Shown: positions 10,309 to 20,725, numbered from the stretch's first letter. The stretch: DNA of 64,000 bases from Nitrosopumilaceae archaeon (GCA_965203465.1 CBDBCR010000001.1:962306-1026305), one strand, 5' to 3'. Program-made: numbers and translations. Notes: a model not told the origin generated them from the sequence alone.

Positions 10309-12165
10309 GTGGGGTACGTGCGCGGGCTGGGCCGCAGCGGCGGGGGCGTGCGGGAGCTGGCCGGGCGCGACAGCGCCTCGTTCTGGGAGGGGCAGGCGCG
10401 CCTGCTCGACTGGCACGCCCCGTGGGACAGGGCGCTGCGGTGGGATCCGCCGCGCGCAAGGTGGTTCGAGGGCGGGCGCATCAACGCGTGCTACAACGCG
10501 CTGGACAGGCACGCCGACAAGTCAAAGACGGCGATACTGTGGGAGGCAGAAGACGGGAGCTCGCGCTCTTTTTCGTACTCGGATCTCTTGTCGGAGGCCG
10601 AGCGCGTGGCAGGCGCGCTCTCCTCCATGGGGGTCTCAAAGGGGGACAGGGTGGCCATATACCTGCCCATGGTGCCCGAGCTGCCCGTATCGATGCTGGC
10701 ATGCGCCCGGATAGGGGCCGTCCACGCGGTCGTCTTTTCGGGGTTCGGCGCGGCGGCCCTCAGGCAGAGGCTGGAGGATTCGGGCGCGAGGGCGCTGATC
10801 ACGGCCGACGGCATGTACAGGCGCGGCAGGGCGATCCCGCTAAAGCCGGCCGCCGACGAGGCCGCGCGCGGCCTGCCCGTCGAAAGCACGGTGGTGGTGC
10901 GCAGGACCGGCCAACAGACGCGGATGGGCCAGCGCGACCTGTGGTGGGACGAGCTTGAGGGGAGAGCGCCGGCCCTCCCCGTCGAGAGCTCGCACCCGCT
11001 CTTTATACTGTACACGTCCGGGACCACCGGCAAGCCCAAGGGAATACTGCACGGGACCGGCGGGTACCTGACGCACGTCCACTCTACGTTCAGGTGGGCG
11101 TTCGACCTACGGGACGGGGACGTGTACTGGTGCACGGCCGACATCGGGTGGGTGACAGGGCACAGCTACGTGGTGTACGGGCCGCTCATGTGCGGGGCCA
11201 CGCAGGTGATCTACGAGGGGGCCCCCGACCACCCGACGCCGGAGCGCCCGTGGCAGATAGCCTCAAAGCGCGGGGCCACGATACTGTACACCACGCCGAC
11301 GGCGCTGCGGATGCTCATGCGCCGCGGCGATCCGCCCGCCGGCTGCGACCTGTCGGCGCTGCGCCTGCTGGGGACCGTTGGCGAGCCGATAAACCCGGAG
11401 GTCTGGCGTTGGTACCACGATTCGGTCGGGGGCCGGCGCTGCCCCGTAATAGACACGTGGTGGCAGACCGAGACGGGCGGCATGATGGTCTCGGCGCTGC
11501 CCGGCATCGAGGACGCGGATCCGAAGCCGGGCTCGGCCGGGTTCCCGGTGCCGGGCGTGCGCCTGTCGGTGCTGGACGGGGACGGCGCCGAGGCCGGGCC
11601 GGGCGAGCGCGGGTACCTGACGATAGACGGCCCGTGGCCGGGCATGATGCTGACGGTGTGGGGCGACGAGGAGAGGTACGAACAGTACTGGTCAAAGTAC
11701 CCGGGCAGGTACTACGCGGGCGACTATGCGGTGCGCGACCAAGACGGGTACTTTTGGGTGCTGGGCCGCGCCGACGACGTCCTGAAGGTCTCGGGCCACC
11801 GCCTGGGGACCGCCGAGCTCGAATCCGCGCTGGTCTCGCACCCCGGCGTGGCAGAGGCGGCCGTGTGCGGGGTGCCCGACGAGGTGCGCGGCGAGGCCAT
11901 AGCCGCGTTCGCGGTGCTGCGCGAGGGCGCCTCGTGCACAGGCGAAGAGCTGGTCGAGTGGGTGCGTCAAAAGATGGGCGCCGTGGCCGCCCCGTCGCGC
12001 ATGCACATAGTGCCCCGCCTGCCAAAGACGCGCAGCGGCAAGATAATGAGGAGGCTGCTGCGCGATCTGGCCGAGGGCAGAGAGGCCGGCGATACGAGCA
12101 CCATCGAGGATCCGGGGGCCGTCTCGGACGTGCGCGCGGCGATAAAGGGGCGCGATCGGGCCTAG
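10309..12165 (+). CDS. acs: Acetate-CoA ligase / acyl-CoA synthetase (AMP-forming)
   Basis: [46 protein letters not shown]. Confidence 0.92.
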   Translation: MGYVRGLGRSGGGVRELAGRDSASFWEGQARLLDWHAPWDRALRWDPPRARWFEGGRINACYNALDRHADKSKTAILWEAEDGSSRSFSYSDLLSEAERVAGALSSMGVSKGDRVAIYLPMVPELPVSMLACARIGAVHAVVFSGFGAAALRQRLEDSGARALITADGMYRRGRAIPLKPAADEAARGLPVESTVVVRRTGQQTRMGQRDLWWDELEGRAPALPVESSHPLFILYTSGTTGKPKGILHGTGGYLTHVHSTFRWAFDLRDGDVYWCTADIGWVTGHSYVVYGPLMCGATQVIYEGAPDHPTPERPWQIASKRGATILYTTPTALRMLMRRGDPPAGCDLSALRLLGTVGEPINPEVWRWYHDSVGGRRCPVIDTWWQTETGGMMVSALPGIEDADPKPGSAGFPVPGVRLSVLDGDGAEAGPGERGYLTIDGPWPGMMLTVWGDEERYEQYWSKYPGRYYAGDYAVRDQDGYFWVLGRADDVLKVSGHRLGTAELESALVSHPGVAEAAVCGVPDEVRGEAIAAFAVLREGASCTGEELVEWVRQKMGAVAAPSRMHIVPRLPKTRSGKIMRRLLRDLAEGREAGDTSTIEDPGAVSDVRAAIKGRDRA

Positions 12166-13178
12166 AACCACTTTTCGAGCGTCTGGCTCTTTTTTTCGTG
12201 CGCCTTTCTGAGCCTGTTGAGGGCAGAGCCTGCCCTCTCCTGCGAAAAGTCCCTACCGGCCAGGTAGTCCGAGAGCCTTTCGTAGTCGGGCGAGCCGAAC
12301 TCGAACTCCGGCTCCCCTACTTCCGGCTCTAGGAATATCCTCCTTATCTGCCCGTAGTCGGTCTGCTCCAGCTTGCCCTCGAGGGAGGGTATGTCCTCGA
12401 GGCGGCCGTGCTTTTTGATCAGCTTTAGGGCCGTCTTGGGGCCTATGCCCCTGAACCCGTCGGGGTTGAAGTCGGTGCCGATCAGTATCCCCACGTCGAC
12501 GAGCTGCTCGCGGGTTATGCCCAGCGCGTCGGTGCACTTTGCCGACTCTATGATCTCGGGCTCGACATCGACGTACGCGTTGCGGTTGGGGATCTTGCGC
12601 CTGCCGGCTGTCGTAAAGTTGCGCACCAGGCGCCTCGCGCCGAACAGCACCGAATCGAAGTCCTGGCTGGCAGAGGCGAACGCGGCGCCGGTCTGCGTCA
12701 TGCGGGCCGCGGTGGCCTCGCCCTCGGAGGGCGCATCGACGTGGGGTATGCCCATCATGGAGAGCACCTCCTTTGACTCTTCTACTATCTGCTCGGTCAG
12801 GCTGGTCGTCTGCTGCGCGTACTTTTTGGCGTCCTCGCGGCGGCCCTCGCGCACGGCCGCCTCGTACTTTACCGACGCGTCGCGCTTTATCCTCCTCCTG
12901 CGCTCTATCTCGGCCGACTTTAGGTGCGGCGGCCTGCCGTCGAAGACGTAAACCGGCTTTATGCCAAGCGAGACGTAGTTTACGTTGCGGTACAGCAGGC
13001 CGCTGACGTGGCTGGTCACCCTGCCGCGCGAATCGGTCAGGCTCGTCCCGTCCTGGCCCCTGATGGTGGAGAGGAACTGGTATATGGCGTTGTACGCGTC
13101 TATGGCCACGACGCGCGAGGCGAACGATTCGAGCCTGGTCCTGTCCCTGACCACAAGGTCCTTGAGGTTGAGCCCCAC
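12162..13178 (-). CDS. fen: Flap endonuclease 1
   Basis: [29 protein letters not shown]-terminal PIP box QTLEKWF. Confidence 0.96.
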   Translation of the reverse strand: MGLNLKDLVVRDRTRLESFASRVVAIDAYNAIYQFLSTIRGQDGTSLTDSRGRVTSHVSGLLYRNVNYVSLGIKPVYVFDGRPPHLKSAEIERRRRIKRDASVKYEAAVREGRREDAKKYAQQTTSLTEQIVEESKEVLSMMGIPHVDAPSEGEATAARMTQTGAAFASASQDFDSVLFGARRLVRNFTTAGRRKIPNRNAYVDVEPEIIESAKCTDALGITREQLVDVGILIGTDFNPDGFRGIGPKTALKLIKKHGRLEDIPSLEGKLEQTDYGQIRRIFLEPEVGEPEFEFGSPDYERLSDYLAGRDFSQERAGSALNRLRKAHEKKSQTLEKWF

Positions 13179-13250
13179 GCTTGGCGCCCGGCCCCGCCGT
13201 ATTTGTTGCTACCCCACAGCTAATATAGAGCGCGCCGGGGGGCGCGGGCC

Positions 13251-14354
13251 GTGAGGCTCTTGGAGTTCCAGGCAAAGGAGCTGTTCTCCGAGTACGGGAT
13301 ACCGGTGCCGCCGAGCAGGGCCTCCAGGGACGTAGGCGAGGGGCGCCGGCACGCGCAGGACTTGGGCTTTCCGTTCGTCGCAAAGATACAGGTGCCGGTC
13401 GGCGGCAGGGGCAAGGCCGGCGGCATACAAAAGTGCTCGAGCATGGACGAGTTCGAGATAAAGTACCCGCAGGTGCTCGGCATGGAGATAAAGGGCGAAA
13501 AGGCGCGCGCGGTCCTGCTCGAGAGGATGGTCGAGGCCGAGCGCGAGCTGTACCTTTCGGTGTTTTTGAACAGGAGCAAGAGGTGCTACACGGTCATCGC
13601 CTCGGCCGAGGGGGGCGTGGAGATAGAATCCGTGAAAAACCAGACCATCCGCGAGGTCGGCTTGGGGGAAGTCGATCCCGAGACCGCCCGCTCGGTGGCC
13701 TCGGAGATGGGCCTGGACGGCGAGCAGGCGGAGCAGCTCTCCGACATACTACAGAAACTTGGCAGGCTGGCGGCCGAAAAGGAGGCAGAACTGGTCGAGA
13801 TAAACCCGCTGGGCGCCCTAAAGGACGGCCCGCTGGTGGCCCTCGACGGCAAGCTGGTGACGGACGACAACGCCTCGTTCCGGCACCCCGAGCTGGAAAA
13901 GTACCGCGAGGTCTCCGAGGTCGAGGAAAAGGCGGAAAAGGCCGGGTTCAGCCTCGTGGAGCTGGACGGCAACGTGGCCGTGGTGGGCAACGGCGCCGGG
14001 CTGGTCATGTCCACGCTGGACATGCTCTCGGACAACGGCGGCAGGCCCGCCTGCTTTCTGGACGTGGGCGGCGGGGCCACCACCGAATCGGTGCGCGAGG
14101 CGCTCTCTTTGATAGGCAGGATGGGGCGCGTGCGCGCCATACTGGTGAACCTGTACGGGGGGATTGTAAAGACGACCACGGTGGCCTCGGCCTTTTTGCA
14201 GGCCTACGAGGAGGGGATGCTGGACGTGCCCGTCCACGCCCGCCTGAAAGGGGCAGAATCGGAGGAAGCGCGCCGGATGCTCTCCGGCTCGCGCACGCAG
14301 ATGCACGAGACGGTGGAATCTGCCATAAACGCGGCGGTGATGGCGGCAAGATGA
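13251..14354 (+). CDS. sucC: Succinyl-CoA synthetase beta subunit
   Basis: GGRGKAGG, EINPL, GNGAGLVMST, FLDVGGGA. Confidence 0.94.
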   Translation: MRLLEFQAKELFSEYGIPVPPSRASRDVGEGRRHAQDLGFPFVAKIQVPVGGRGKAGGIQKCSSMDEFEIKYPQVLGMEIKGEKARAVLLERMVEAERELYLSVFLNRSKRCYTVIASAEGGVEIESVKNQTIREVGLGEVDPETARSVASEMGLDGEQAEQLSDILQKLGRLAAEKEAELVEINPLGALKDGPLVALDGKLVTDDNASFRHPELEKYREVSEVEEKAEKAGFSLVELDGNVAVVGNGAGLVMSTLDMLSDNGGRPACFLDVGGGATTESVREALSLIGRMGRVRAILVNLYGGIVKTTTVASAFLQAYEEGMLDVPVHARLKGAESEEARRMLSGSRTQMHETVESAINAAVMAAR

Positions 14355-15253
14355 GCATATTCGAGCTGCTGCGCGGGAGGCCCGGCGAGCCGCACTACGG
14401 CAAGATGCCGGTGATAGTGCAGGGCATGACCGGCGCGTACGGCTCGGTGCACACGCGCAGCATGGTCTCGTACGGGACCAACGTGGCCGGCGGCGTCACG
14501 CCCGGCAAGGGCGGCCAGGAGTTCGACGGGATACCGGTGTACGGCTCGGCGCGCGAGGCGGTCTCGGAGACCGGCGCCCGGATATCGGCGGTGTTCGTGC
14601 CGGCCAAGTTCTTCCTGGGCGCGGCCACCGAAGCTCTGGAGGCGGGCATCAAACTCTTGGTGGCCATACCGGAGCACGTGCCGGTGCGCGACACGCTAAA
14701 GGTGCTAGAGCTCGCGCGCCAAAAGAACGCCGTCGTGATCGGCCCCAACACGCCCGGCGTGATGATACCGGGGACGATAAAGGTGGGCATAATGCCGGCG
14801 AGCCCGTTCAAGCCGGGCCGCATAGCGGTGCTCTCGAAGAGCGGCACGCTGCTCTACGAGATATCCGACGCGCTGAGCAGCGCAGGATTCGGGCAGGCCA
14901 TCACCATAGGCATAGGCGGCGATCCGGTCAACGGGACGCGGCTCGTGGACGCCTTCGAGATGGTGCGCGAATCGGACATCGAGGGCATGGTGGTGGTAGG
15001 CGAGATAGGCGGGGATTCGGAAGAGGTGCTGGCCGAGCGCATAACCGAGACGGGGTTCTCAAAGCCGACGGTGGCGTACATCGCCGGGCGCGCGGCCCCC
15101 AAGGAGAAGCGCATGGGCCACGCGGGGGCCATAGTGATGGGCTCGTACGGCTCGGCAGAATCAAAGATATCTATGTTCAACAGGGCCAACATACCGGTGG
15201 CAAAGAGGCCCGACGAGGTGCCCGTGCTCTTGGCCGGCAAGATGAAGGGCTAA
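14351..15253 (+). CDS. sucD: Succinyl-CoA synthetase alpha subunit
   Basis: VIVQGMTG, GVTPGKGG, IGPNTPG, RMGHAGA. ATG 14351 overlaps the sucC stop. Confidence 0.94.
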   Translation: MSIFELLRGRPGEPHYGKMPVIVQGMTGAYGSVHTRSMVSYGTNVAGGVTPGKGGQEFDGIPVYGSAREAVSETGARISAVFVPAKFFLGAATEALEAGIKLLVAIPEHVPVRDTLKVLELARQKNAVVIGPNTPGVMIPGTIKVGIMPASPFKPGRIAVLSKSGTLLYEISDALSSAGFGQAITIGIGGDPVNGTRLVDAFEMVRESDIEGMVVVGEIGGDSEEVLAERITETGFSKPTVAYIAGRAAPKEKRMGHAGAIVMGSYGSAESKISMFNRANIPVAKRPDEVPVLLAGKMKG

Positions 15254-15278
15254 ATACGAGTGCCCGGGAGGGGGGGCC

Positions 15279-15446
15279 GTGCCGATAACGGATCCGGAAA
15301 AGAAGCGCATAGCGCAGCAGGCGCGACTGCACATGCGCATATGCTTCAACTGCGGGGCGCGCAACGACATATCGGCCACGCGCTGCCGCAAGTGCAAAAA
15401 CCCCCACCTGCGCCTCAAGAACAGGACGCTGGGCGCCAAAAAGTAA
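15279..15446 (+). CDS. rpl40e: 50S ribosomal protein L40e
   Basis: Manual translation: MPITDPEKKRIAQQARLHMRICFNCGARNDISATRCRKCKNPHLRLKNRTLGAKK. Confidence 0.92.
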   Translation: MPITDPEKKRIAQQARLHMRICFNCGARNDISATRCRKCKNPHLRLKNRTLGAKK

Positions 15447-15478
15447 GGTACAAAAGGCATCGCCCGGCCCGCTACGCC

Positions 15479-15573
15479 GGACCGGTCGTCTAGCCTGGTT
15501 TGGATGACGCACTCACACTGCGTAAGGGGCCCTGCCCCCGCAAAGGTCGCGGGTTCGAATCCCACCCGGTCCA
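15479..15573 (+). tRNA. tRNA-Val(CAC) with 20-nt non-canonical intron (15525-15544, position 44/45)
   Basis: Acceptor GGACCGG/CCGGTCC-A, anticodon arm ACGCA-CTCACAC-TGCGT, TTCGAAT T-loop, and a complete bulge-helix-bulge around the insert. Confidence 0.88.
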
Positions 15574-15652
15574 CACTCTATCTTGTCCCTTTTGTCGGAA
15601 CCGGAGGCGCGACGTCCCGTGAAGACGACGCGCGCCGGGTTAAGGGCGTGGC

Positions 15653-16510
15653 TCAAAAGCGATCAAGCCGGGTCTGCGTCTCGTACTTTTTGATCAAGTC
15701 GGCGCATATTCTTTCCATGCTTTTGAGCGTGGATCGGTTCCATCCGTCGGCAAGCTTTGACAGGCAGTCCTACAACTCTCGGTTTTCCCTCATGACGTAT
15801 TTCAGGATACCTCTTATCTTTTCTGCGAGATCGTGCTGGTGCTTGGCGGAGATCAGATCTGCGTACCTGTGTATGGCTTTGAGCACGGCCATGTGAGTGT
15901 CTGGATTGCTTATGTCGAAGTCTTTGATCGGGGGCCGGAAGATGCAGCCGAGCAGGCCGCGCAACATGTGCGGGATCACCACGTAGTCTTTGTCTTCGTG
16001 CGAAAACGGGTAAAGATACGTCGGCTCTTTCATTCCGGCAAGAGATATTCTGCCTAGGGCTTTGTCAAGATCGTCGAGCTCGAAACTCCCGTGTAGTTCG
16101 CAGTCTCTGCCGAACGTGATAAACGGGAACGCCGTGTGCTCCCGTAGGCGATCGTGATTGTCGGCCGTGTCGACATAACATACGGCGTGTCTTAGCCCGC
16201 CCTTGTCATGAAATGCTACGTGGCGTAGAAGATCATTCGGGGTGAGCAGTCTGTACCACTCGTCCTGATCGACTTTTATGTTGTTCCCGCTCTTGCAGTC
16301 CGCCACTATGGCATGGGACAGCTTGTCCGATACGGAAACCACATCGGGCACTATCTTTTGCGCAGACTGCAAACTGATGGACTGCTCTACAAGCTGAACT
16401 TTGTATAGCCCAAATCGTAGAGGGCGCTGGGCCAGCGGCGGGTTTCTATGCAAAGCCCCAGGAACATGTTCGCCAGCCTGGTGTGCGGGCCCGCAACCGG
16501 GTCAGTCCAC
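15653..16510 (-). pseudogene. Disrupted PD-(D/E)xK-like nuclease with C-terminal PIP-box-like motif
   Basis: VPDVV...VADCKSG motif. In-frame TAG at 15770-15772 is followed by 38 more sense codons ending QTRLDRF-TGA. Apparent 2-nt frameshift near 16404 joins an upstream frame (HTRLANMFLGLCIETRRWPSALYDLGY) to KVQLVEQ. Confidence 0.6.
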
Positions 16511-17614
16511 CTGATCGCACGTGTCTTTTGCGTCGTGGTGCATTTGTAGGTTGGTCAGTAGCCGCAGTATGGTGCTTCCGCAATTGCCCTGATCTAGGTA
16601 CACCCTCATCGTGTCGCTGACTATCTCGAAATCGACCGGACTGCCGGTGTGCAGGTCGATGGCCAACACCCCAAAGTAGTCGGCGCTGATTCTGGACTTT
16701 ATGCCCCACAAGTTGAACGGAGCAGAAGAATTGAACATCTTTGATACGAACAGCTCCAAATCCCCGATCTCAGAGTTGAACGCAAAGTCAAACGGCCTTC
16801 CGTCGAACAGCGTCCTTCCGTGCGCCAGTTTCGTCCCGATGCGGAGGCTTTCCACTTTCCTTATCGTCTTTGAGTACTCTTCGCGGCACATTTCTATCAG
16901 GGCCAAGTGGTCGTCGATCGACTTGCCTCGCTTTAGCGCGAAATGTCCGTCGTAGTGGATCTCGTCCTGCACGTAGTTTTCTGCAGAGGACGCGGTGCCC
17001 CGCATGATTCTGACCATGCTGTGCGCGCAGGCGCTGCTTATACGGGGGTGTTGTTGGACTATTTTCTTCATGTCTTCTGCCATGGAGCCGCTGATGATCA
17101 GCTTTAGATCATCGCTGTCCGTATCGTCGGACTCTGCCGATCTCAGGCACCGATCCGAATACGACACGCCAAAGCCCCGGAAACTGTTGCCATCCATCCC
17201 GACTATCCGCTTGAGCATGCTCGAATAGAACCACGCATGATCGAACGCGTGGTGCATGTCGCGCGTCATCTTTTCTATTATTCTGCCCACATCGTCGGAC
17301 TTTTCGTTTGTGTGCAGGACAAAGAATCTCGGATCGCTCTTGTCCAGGTAAAATTCGTACGATCTTTCGCCGTCGTTTGCGCGCAGTATTTTGATGTGAT
17401 CCAGATCCGTACCCAGTAGGTCGCACTTCAGGCCTGACGCCGTAAATTTGGGCTCAAGCTCCGCGTCGGACTCTATTATGTACGACTTTAGTTCGCGCAT
17501 GCGCCCGGGCGACGGGCCCCCGTCGTCGGCTTTGGAAGGCACAACCATGTCCTCCAGCACGTTCATGAACTCTTGCTGCGTCCCGACCGCGGGGAGCTTC
17601 TGGATTTCAGACAC
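16502..17614 (-). CDS. Hypothetical protein (370 aa) in tRNA-Val island
   Basis: Long ORF with lower GC and normal globular composition. TTTTA element about 25 nt upstream of GTG. Confidence 0.8.
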   Translation of the reverse strand: MSEIQKLPAVGTQQEFMNVLEDMVVPSKADDGGPSPGRMRELKSYIIESDAELEPKFTASGLKCDLLGTDLDHIKILRANDGERSYEFYLDKSDPRFFVLHTNEKSDDVGRIIEKMTRDMHHAFDHAWFYSSMLKRIVGMDGNSFRGFGVSYSDRCLRSAESDDTDSDDLKLIISGSMAEDMKKIVQQHPRISSACAHSMVRIMRGTASSAENYVQDEIHYDGHFALKRGKSIDDHLALIEMCREEYSKTIRKVESLRIGTKLAHGRTLFDGRPFDFAFNSEIGDLELFVSKMFNSSAPFNLWGIKSRISADYFGVLAIDLHTGSPVDFEIVSDTMRVYLDQGNCGSTILRLLTNLQMHHDAKDTCDQVD

Positions 17615-17657
17615 GGGCTGAATCCGACTTTTGTGTGTAAAAGTGTTTGTCCGGTTA

Positions 17658-17820
17658 CAGTTAACCCAAAAGTTTCGCCGGCAGGCGGATGATTTCCGAT
17701 CGCGAATCGGTCAAAATGGGCAAAACTGAGCAAAGCGGCGGCGGTATCCAAAAGACTGGCGCGTCCAGCTCCGTCCTGCGCGCGGCCCGGGCAGCGGCGG
17801 CGCTCGCGTCGGCCGCCCAG
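17658..17820. mobile_element. Degenerate remnant of one end of the ISH3-like IS
   Basis: Starts with the same TIR CAGTTAACCCAAAAGT and aligns by eye with about 34273-34430. No second TIR or transposase nearby. Confidence 0.8.
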
Positions 17821-17987
17821 GTTGCTTACGCAACGCCGTTTTTTGGACAGCAATCCGGCGCTACACGCGTCTTCTTCCAGGGCCGGCACTGCGGCAACCG
17901 GAAACACCGATCGCCAGAATCCGGCGCTCCTGCACGGCCCGAGCAGATTTGCAGGCTGGCCGCGGAACCAACCCCGCGTATTGCACA

Positions 17988-18788
17988 TTATGCCGTAGCG
18001 GACACGATTCTGTGTATCTTGTCAAGCTCGTACACGTGGTCTTTTCTGTACACGGTCTGGATGCCTGAAAGTTCCAGCACTTCCAGGCTCTTCCGGACGA
18101 GGCCGTTTGACGCGTCGACTTCGTCTCTGTCCTGTTCGGAGAACAGCTTGAAGTCGGTCTGGAAAATGCCGGATTTTCTCTGCGATTTGCGTATGAGTTC
18201 GACGTCCAAAAACGTGTTCCTGGTCATGTCCAGCACGTTGCTCTTGGAAAAGGACAAGTAGTCGATGCATAGATGGGGGAATCTGTCTTTGAAAAACGCG
18301 TACGGGAACCTCCTATCCACCACGGTCGCCTCGAACACGTACCTCCGTTCGTACGACTGTCTCGGAAACCCCATTTTTTGGATTGTGGCGTCCAGCGAAC
18401 GGCGGAATTTTTGGAGCGTGCCGCCTTTGGCCGATCTTTTCGCCGAACCTCTTTCGGGCAGGCTGATCTGGACTTTGAACAGGGCATCCAGAGTCTCCTG
18501 CGGCGTGTTGATTGGCGAGACTGGCTTGGGTTTTGTGACCACTAGGTTGTTCTTGCCCGCCTTGGCCGACAGGGCATCCAGAAATTCCTTGTTCTCTATT
18601 GACGCCGGGCCGTTGGCGTGGGGCAGGCGTTCTATGCCTGCCCGGCGCTTGACTTCGATCCAGTTTTTCGTGAACCTTCGGTAGATCGTGTTGTTGTCCA
18701 CGTCGTGTAGTATTACCCCTATGTTCAGGGGCTCGCCTCTGATCAGATCGGGGATTATTTTGACGGTTGAAAACCTGTAGTCGCTCAT
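17988..18788 (-). CDS. DUF3037-like protein (partner of HipA-like kinase)
   Basis: N-terminal YRFSTVKIIPDLIRGEPLNIGVIL resembles the DUF3037 signature. ATGA overlap with the upstream kinase. Confidence 0.78.
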   Translation of the reverse strand: MSDYRFSTVKIIPDLIRGEPLNIGVILHDVDNNTIYRRFTKNWIEVKRRAGIERLPHANGPASIENKEFLDALSAKAGKNNLVVTKPKPVSPINTPQETLDALFKVQISLPERGSAKRSAKGGTLQKFRRSLDATIQKMGFPRQSYERRYVFEATVVDRRFPYAFFKDRFPHLCIDYLSFSKSNVLDMTRNTFLDVELIRKSQRKSGIFQTDFKLFSEQDRDEVDASNGLVRKSLEVLELSGIQTVYRKDHVYELDKIHRIVSATA

Positions 18789-19591
18789 TGCGCCACGCCC
18801 TCCATCGGGCCGCTTTTATTTATGGCGGCCGCCAAATCGGCCTTGGACGTGCCCCTGATGGATTCTTCAAGCTGGTTTAGATCGGGCGTCGCCTGCGCCC
18901 TCCATTCGCTCGGAATCTCTTGGAAGATTCTGCCGATCTCTTTCTTGAGGAGCGTGTCGAAAATTCCCAAGAACTTTTCAAACTGCTCAAACCTGGCGAT
19001 CGTGGACGTGATCATGCAGAAAATCGACACGGGTTGCATGTTCTGGTACCTTTTTCGCACCGACCGCGCGTTCCAGCGCCGTCCGCCGAAGGCGTGCCCG
19101 TGGTCGAATATATGGTAGCAAAGCCCGTCCCGGTTTTGCACGCCTATGACGCACACGTTGTTGCAGTGCCTGTCGCCGTTTTGTACAAGTGAGTCGAAGC
19201 CCAGAATGTCGGGAACTTGGTGCAGGTTGATTATGTCGTCCTTGGTTATGGCGCCGAACGTCTCTTCGTATTCATCCGCCGTGTAGAAAGGCCGCCGGAA
19301 CCGGGTTCCGAAGTGATCGCCCGACTCGATTCGCTCCATTCCGTTGGCCGCTCTGTCTTCGTTGATTAGATCGCACTGTGCGTCGTTCAGGCTCACCAAA
19401 AACGCCTCAAACACTGGCAGCTCAAAGCACTCGGCTATCTGGTTGCAGACCAGCTCGTTTATCGCCGTACGATCTTGGCCGGTGTTGAATTTTACCAGAT
19501 ATCTGTTACCGTCCTTTCCGACGATCCTCCACGAATGCGACACGCCCGATTCATGGGGCGCTTCGACGTACAGGCAGTCTATTTTTTGCAT
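18785..19591 (-). CDS. HipA-family (PI3/4-kinase-like) protein kinase
   Basis: YLVKF, AINELVCNQIA, FDSLVQNGDRHCNN, IFDHGHAF. Start ATG 19591 has TTTATA about 26 nt upstream. Confidence 0.82.
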   Translation of the reverse strand: MQKIDCLYVEAPHESGVSHSWRIVGKDGNRYLVKFNTGQDRTAINELVCNQIAECFELPVFEAFLVSLNDAQCDLINEDRAANGMERIESGDHFGTRFRRPFYTADEYEETFGAITKDDIINLHQVPDILGFDSLVQNGDRHCNNVCVIGVQNRDGLCYHIFDHGHAFGGRRWNARSVRKRYQNMQPVSIFCMITSTIARFEQFEKFLGIFDTLLKKEIGRIFQEIPSEWRAQATPDLNQLEESIRGTSKADLAAAINKSGPMEGVAQ

Positions 19592-19728
19592 CGGCGTTTT
19601 TGGCTTCGGCCTCAATATAAATCCGTAATGCTGGGGGCGCCGCGCACGCTCGGGCAGGCCCGTGCCCGGCCGGCTCCGGCCGGGCGCCTCCCGCAACGCT
19701 GTTTAACCCGCCCGCAGTGCGCGCAACC

Positions 19729-20259
19729 GTGGAGCTGGCCTGCCCGGTACGATGCGCGTGCCTCGCCGCGATCGCATCTGCCGCGCTGGTAGTCCCCGGC
19801 GCCCTCGTGCACGAGGCCGGCCACGCCGCGGCCTGCCTCGCCGAAAACCCGGAGGCCGAATGGACGGCCCAAATAGGCCTGGACGGCGCGAGGGCCGAGT
19901 GCCCCGGCGCGCAGAACCTGCCCGCGCTGTACGCGTCCGGCGGCCTCGCGGCGGCCGGCGCCGCCCTGGCCTCTGCTGCCGCCCCGCAGGTCAGGCGGAG
20001 GCCGTTCCTGCTGGCCGCGGCCCTGGCCACCTGCTCGTGGCAGCTGCTCACCGCGGCGGCCGAGACGCTGGCCCACACTTGGTACATGACGTCGGGGGCC
20101 TGGCCGTGGCTCATGCCGCCGGTCTTTGCCGCCGCGGCCGCGCTGGTCTGCTTCAGGCAGCGCGGCGCCGCCGGCGCGGATCCCGGAAAAACGCGATCCC
20201 GCCCATCTAACGTTTATAAGAGCATTGGCGAGGCCGCGCCCTACGATGGGCCACTCTAG
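19729..20259 (+). CDS. Small membrane protein with HExxH (peptidase M50B-like)
   Basis: LVHEAGH inside a hydrophobic segment, several TM-like stretches, TTTAA about 26 nt upstream of GTG 19729. Confidence 0.55.
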   Translation: MELACPVRCACLAAIASAALVVPGALVHEAGHAAACLAENPEAEWTAQIGLDGARAECPGAQNLPALYASGGLAAAGAALASAAAPQVRRRPFLLAAALATCSWQLLTAAAETLAHTWYMTSGAWPWLMPPVFAAAAALVCFRQRGAAGADPGKTRSRPSNVYKSIGEAAPYDGPL

Positions 20260-20725
20260 GATACTGCGCAGGCTCGCCGAGGAAAAGACCAACTACCGCA
20301 GGCGCGCCTCCATGCTGGTCGGCAGGCGCGACTTTGTGACCGTCACGATATCGAACGAAAACACGCAGGTGCAGATCCTAAAGCCCGAGATCGACGGCGA
20401 CAAGGTGCTGGCTTCTGCCCACTCGCGCCGCCTGCTGGCCGGGGGCTGGAAGGGCTCGCGCAAGAGCATACCGGCCGCGTACCTGACCGGGTACATGGCC
20501 GGCAAAAAGGCGGTCGGCGCCGGCGCAAAGGGGGCGGTCCTGTACACGGGCACGCGCCGCTACACGCAGAGGATGGCCGCGGCGCTAAAAGGGGTCATAG
20601 ACGCGGGCCTCGAGGTGCCGGCCGACACGGGCACGTTCCCGCCCGAAGAGCGCATACGCGGCGACCACCTGAGGGTAAAGAACGACGTGCAGGCGGCAAA
20701 GTCCGCCATAGACGGGGGCCTCTGA
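20246..20725 (+). CDS. rpl18: 50S ribosomal protein L18 (uL18)
   Basis: KTNYRRR, SIPAAYLTG, GVIDAGLEVP. Start ATG 20246. Confidence 0.93.
   Translation: MGHSRILRRLAEEKTNYRRRASMLVGRRDFVTVTISNENTQVQILKPEIDGDKVLASAHSRRLLAGGWKGSRKSIPAAYLTGYMAGKKAVGAGAKGAVLYTGTRRYTQRMAAALKGVIDAGLEVPADTGTFPPEERIRGDHLRVKNDVQAAKSAIDGGL

Noticed and set aside
15770-15772. Pyrrolysine or programmed readthrough at the in-frame TAG
   Set aside because: No pyl genes are visible, and the same gene has a second lesion, so decay is the simpler explanation.
15550-19750. Integrative element bounded by att repeats at tRNA-Val
   Set aside because: I found no duplicate of the tRNA 3' end and no integrase, so it is called only an island.
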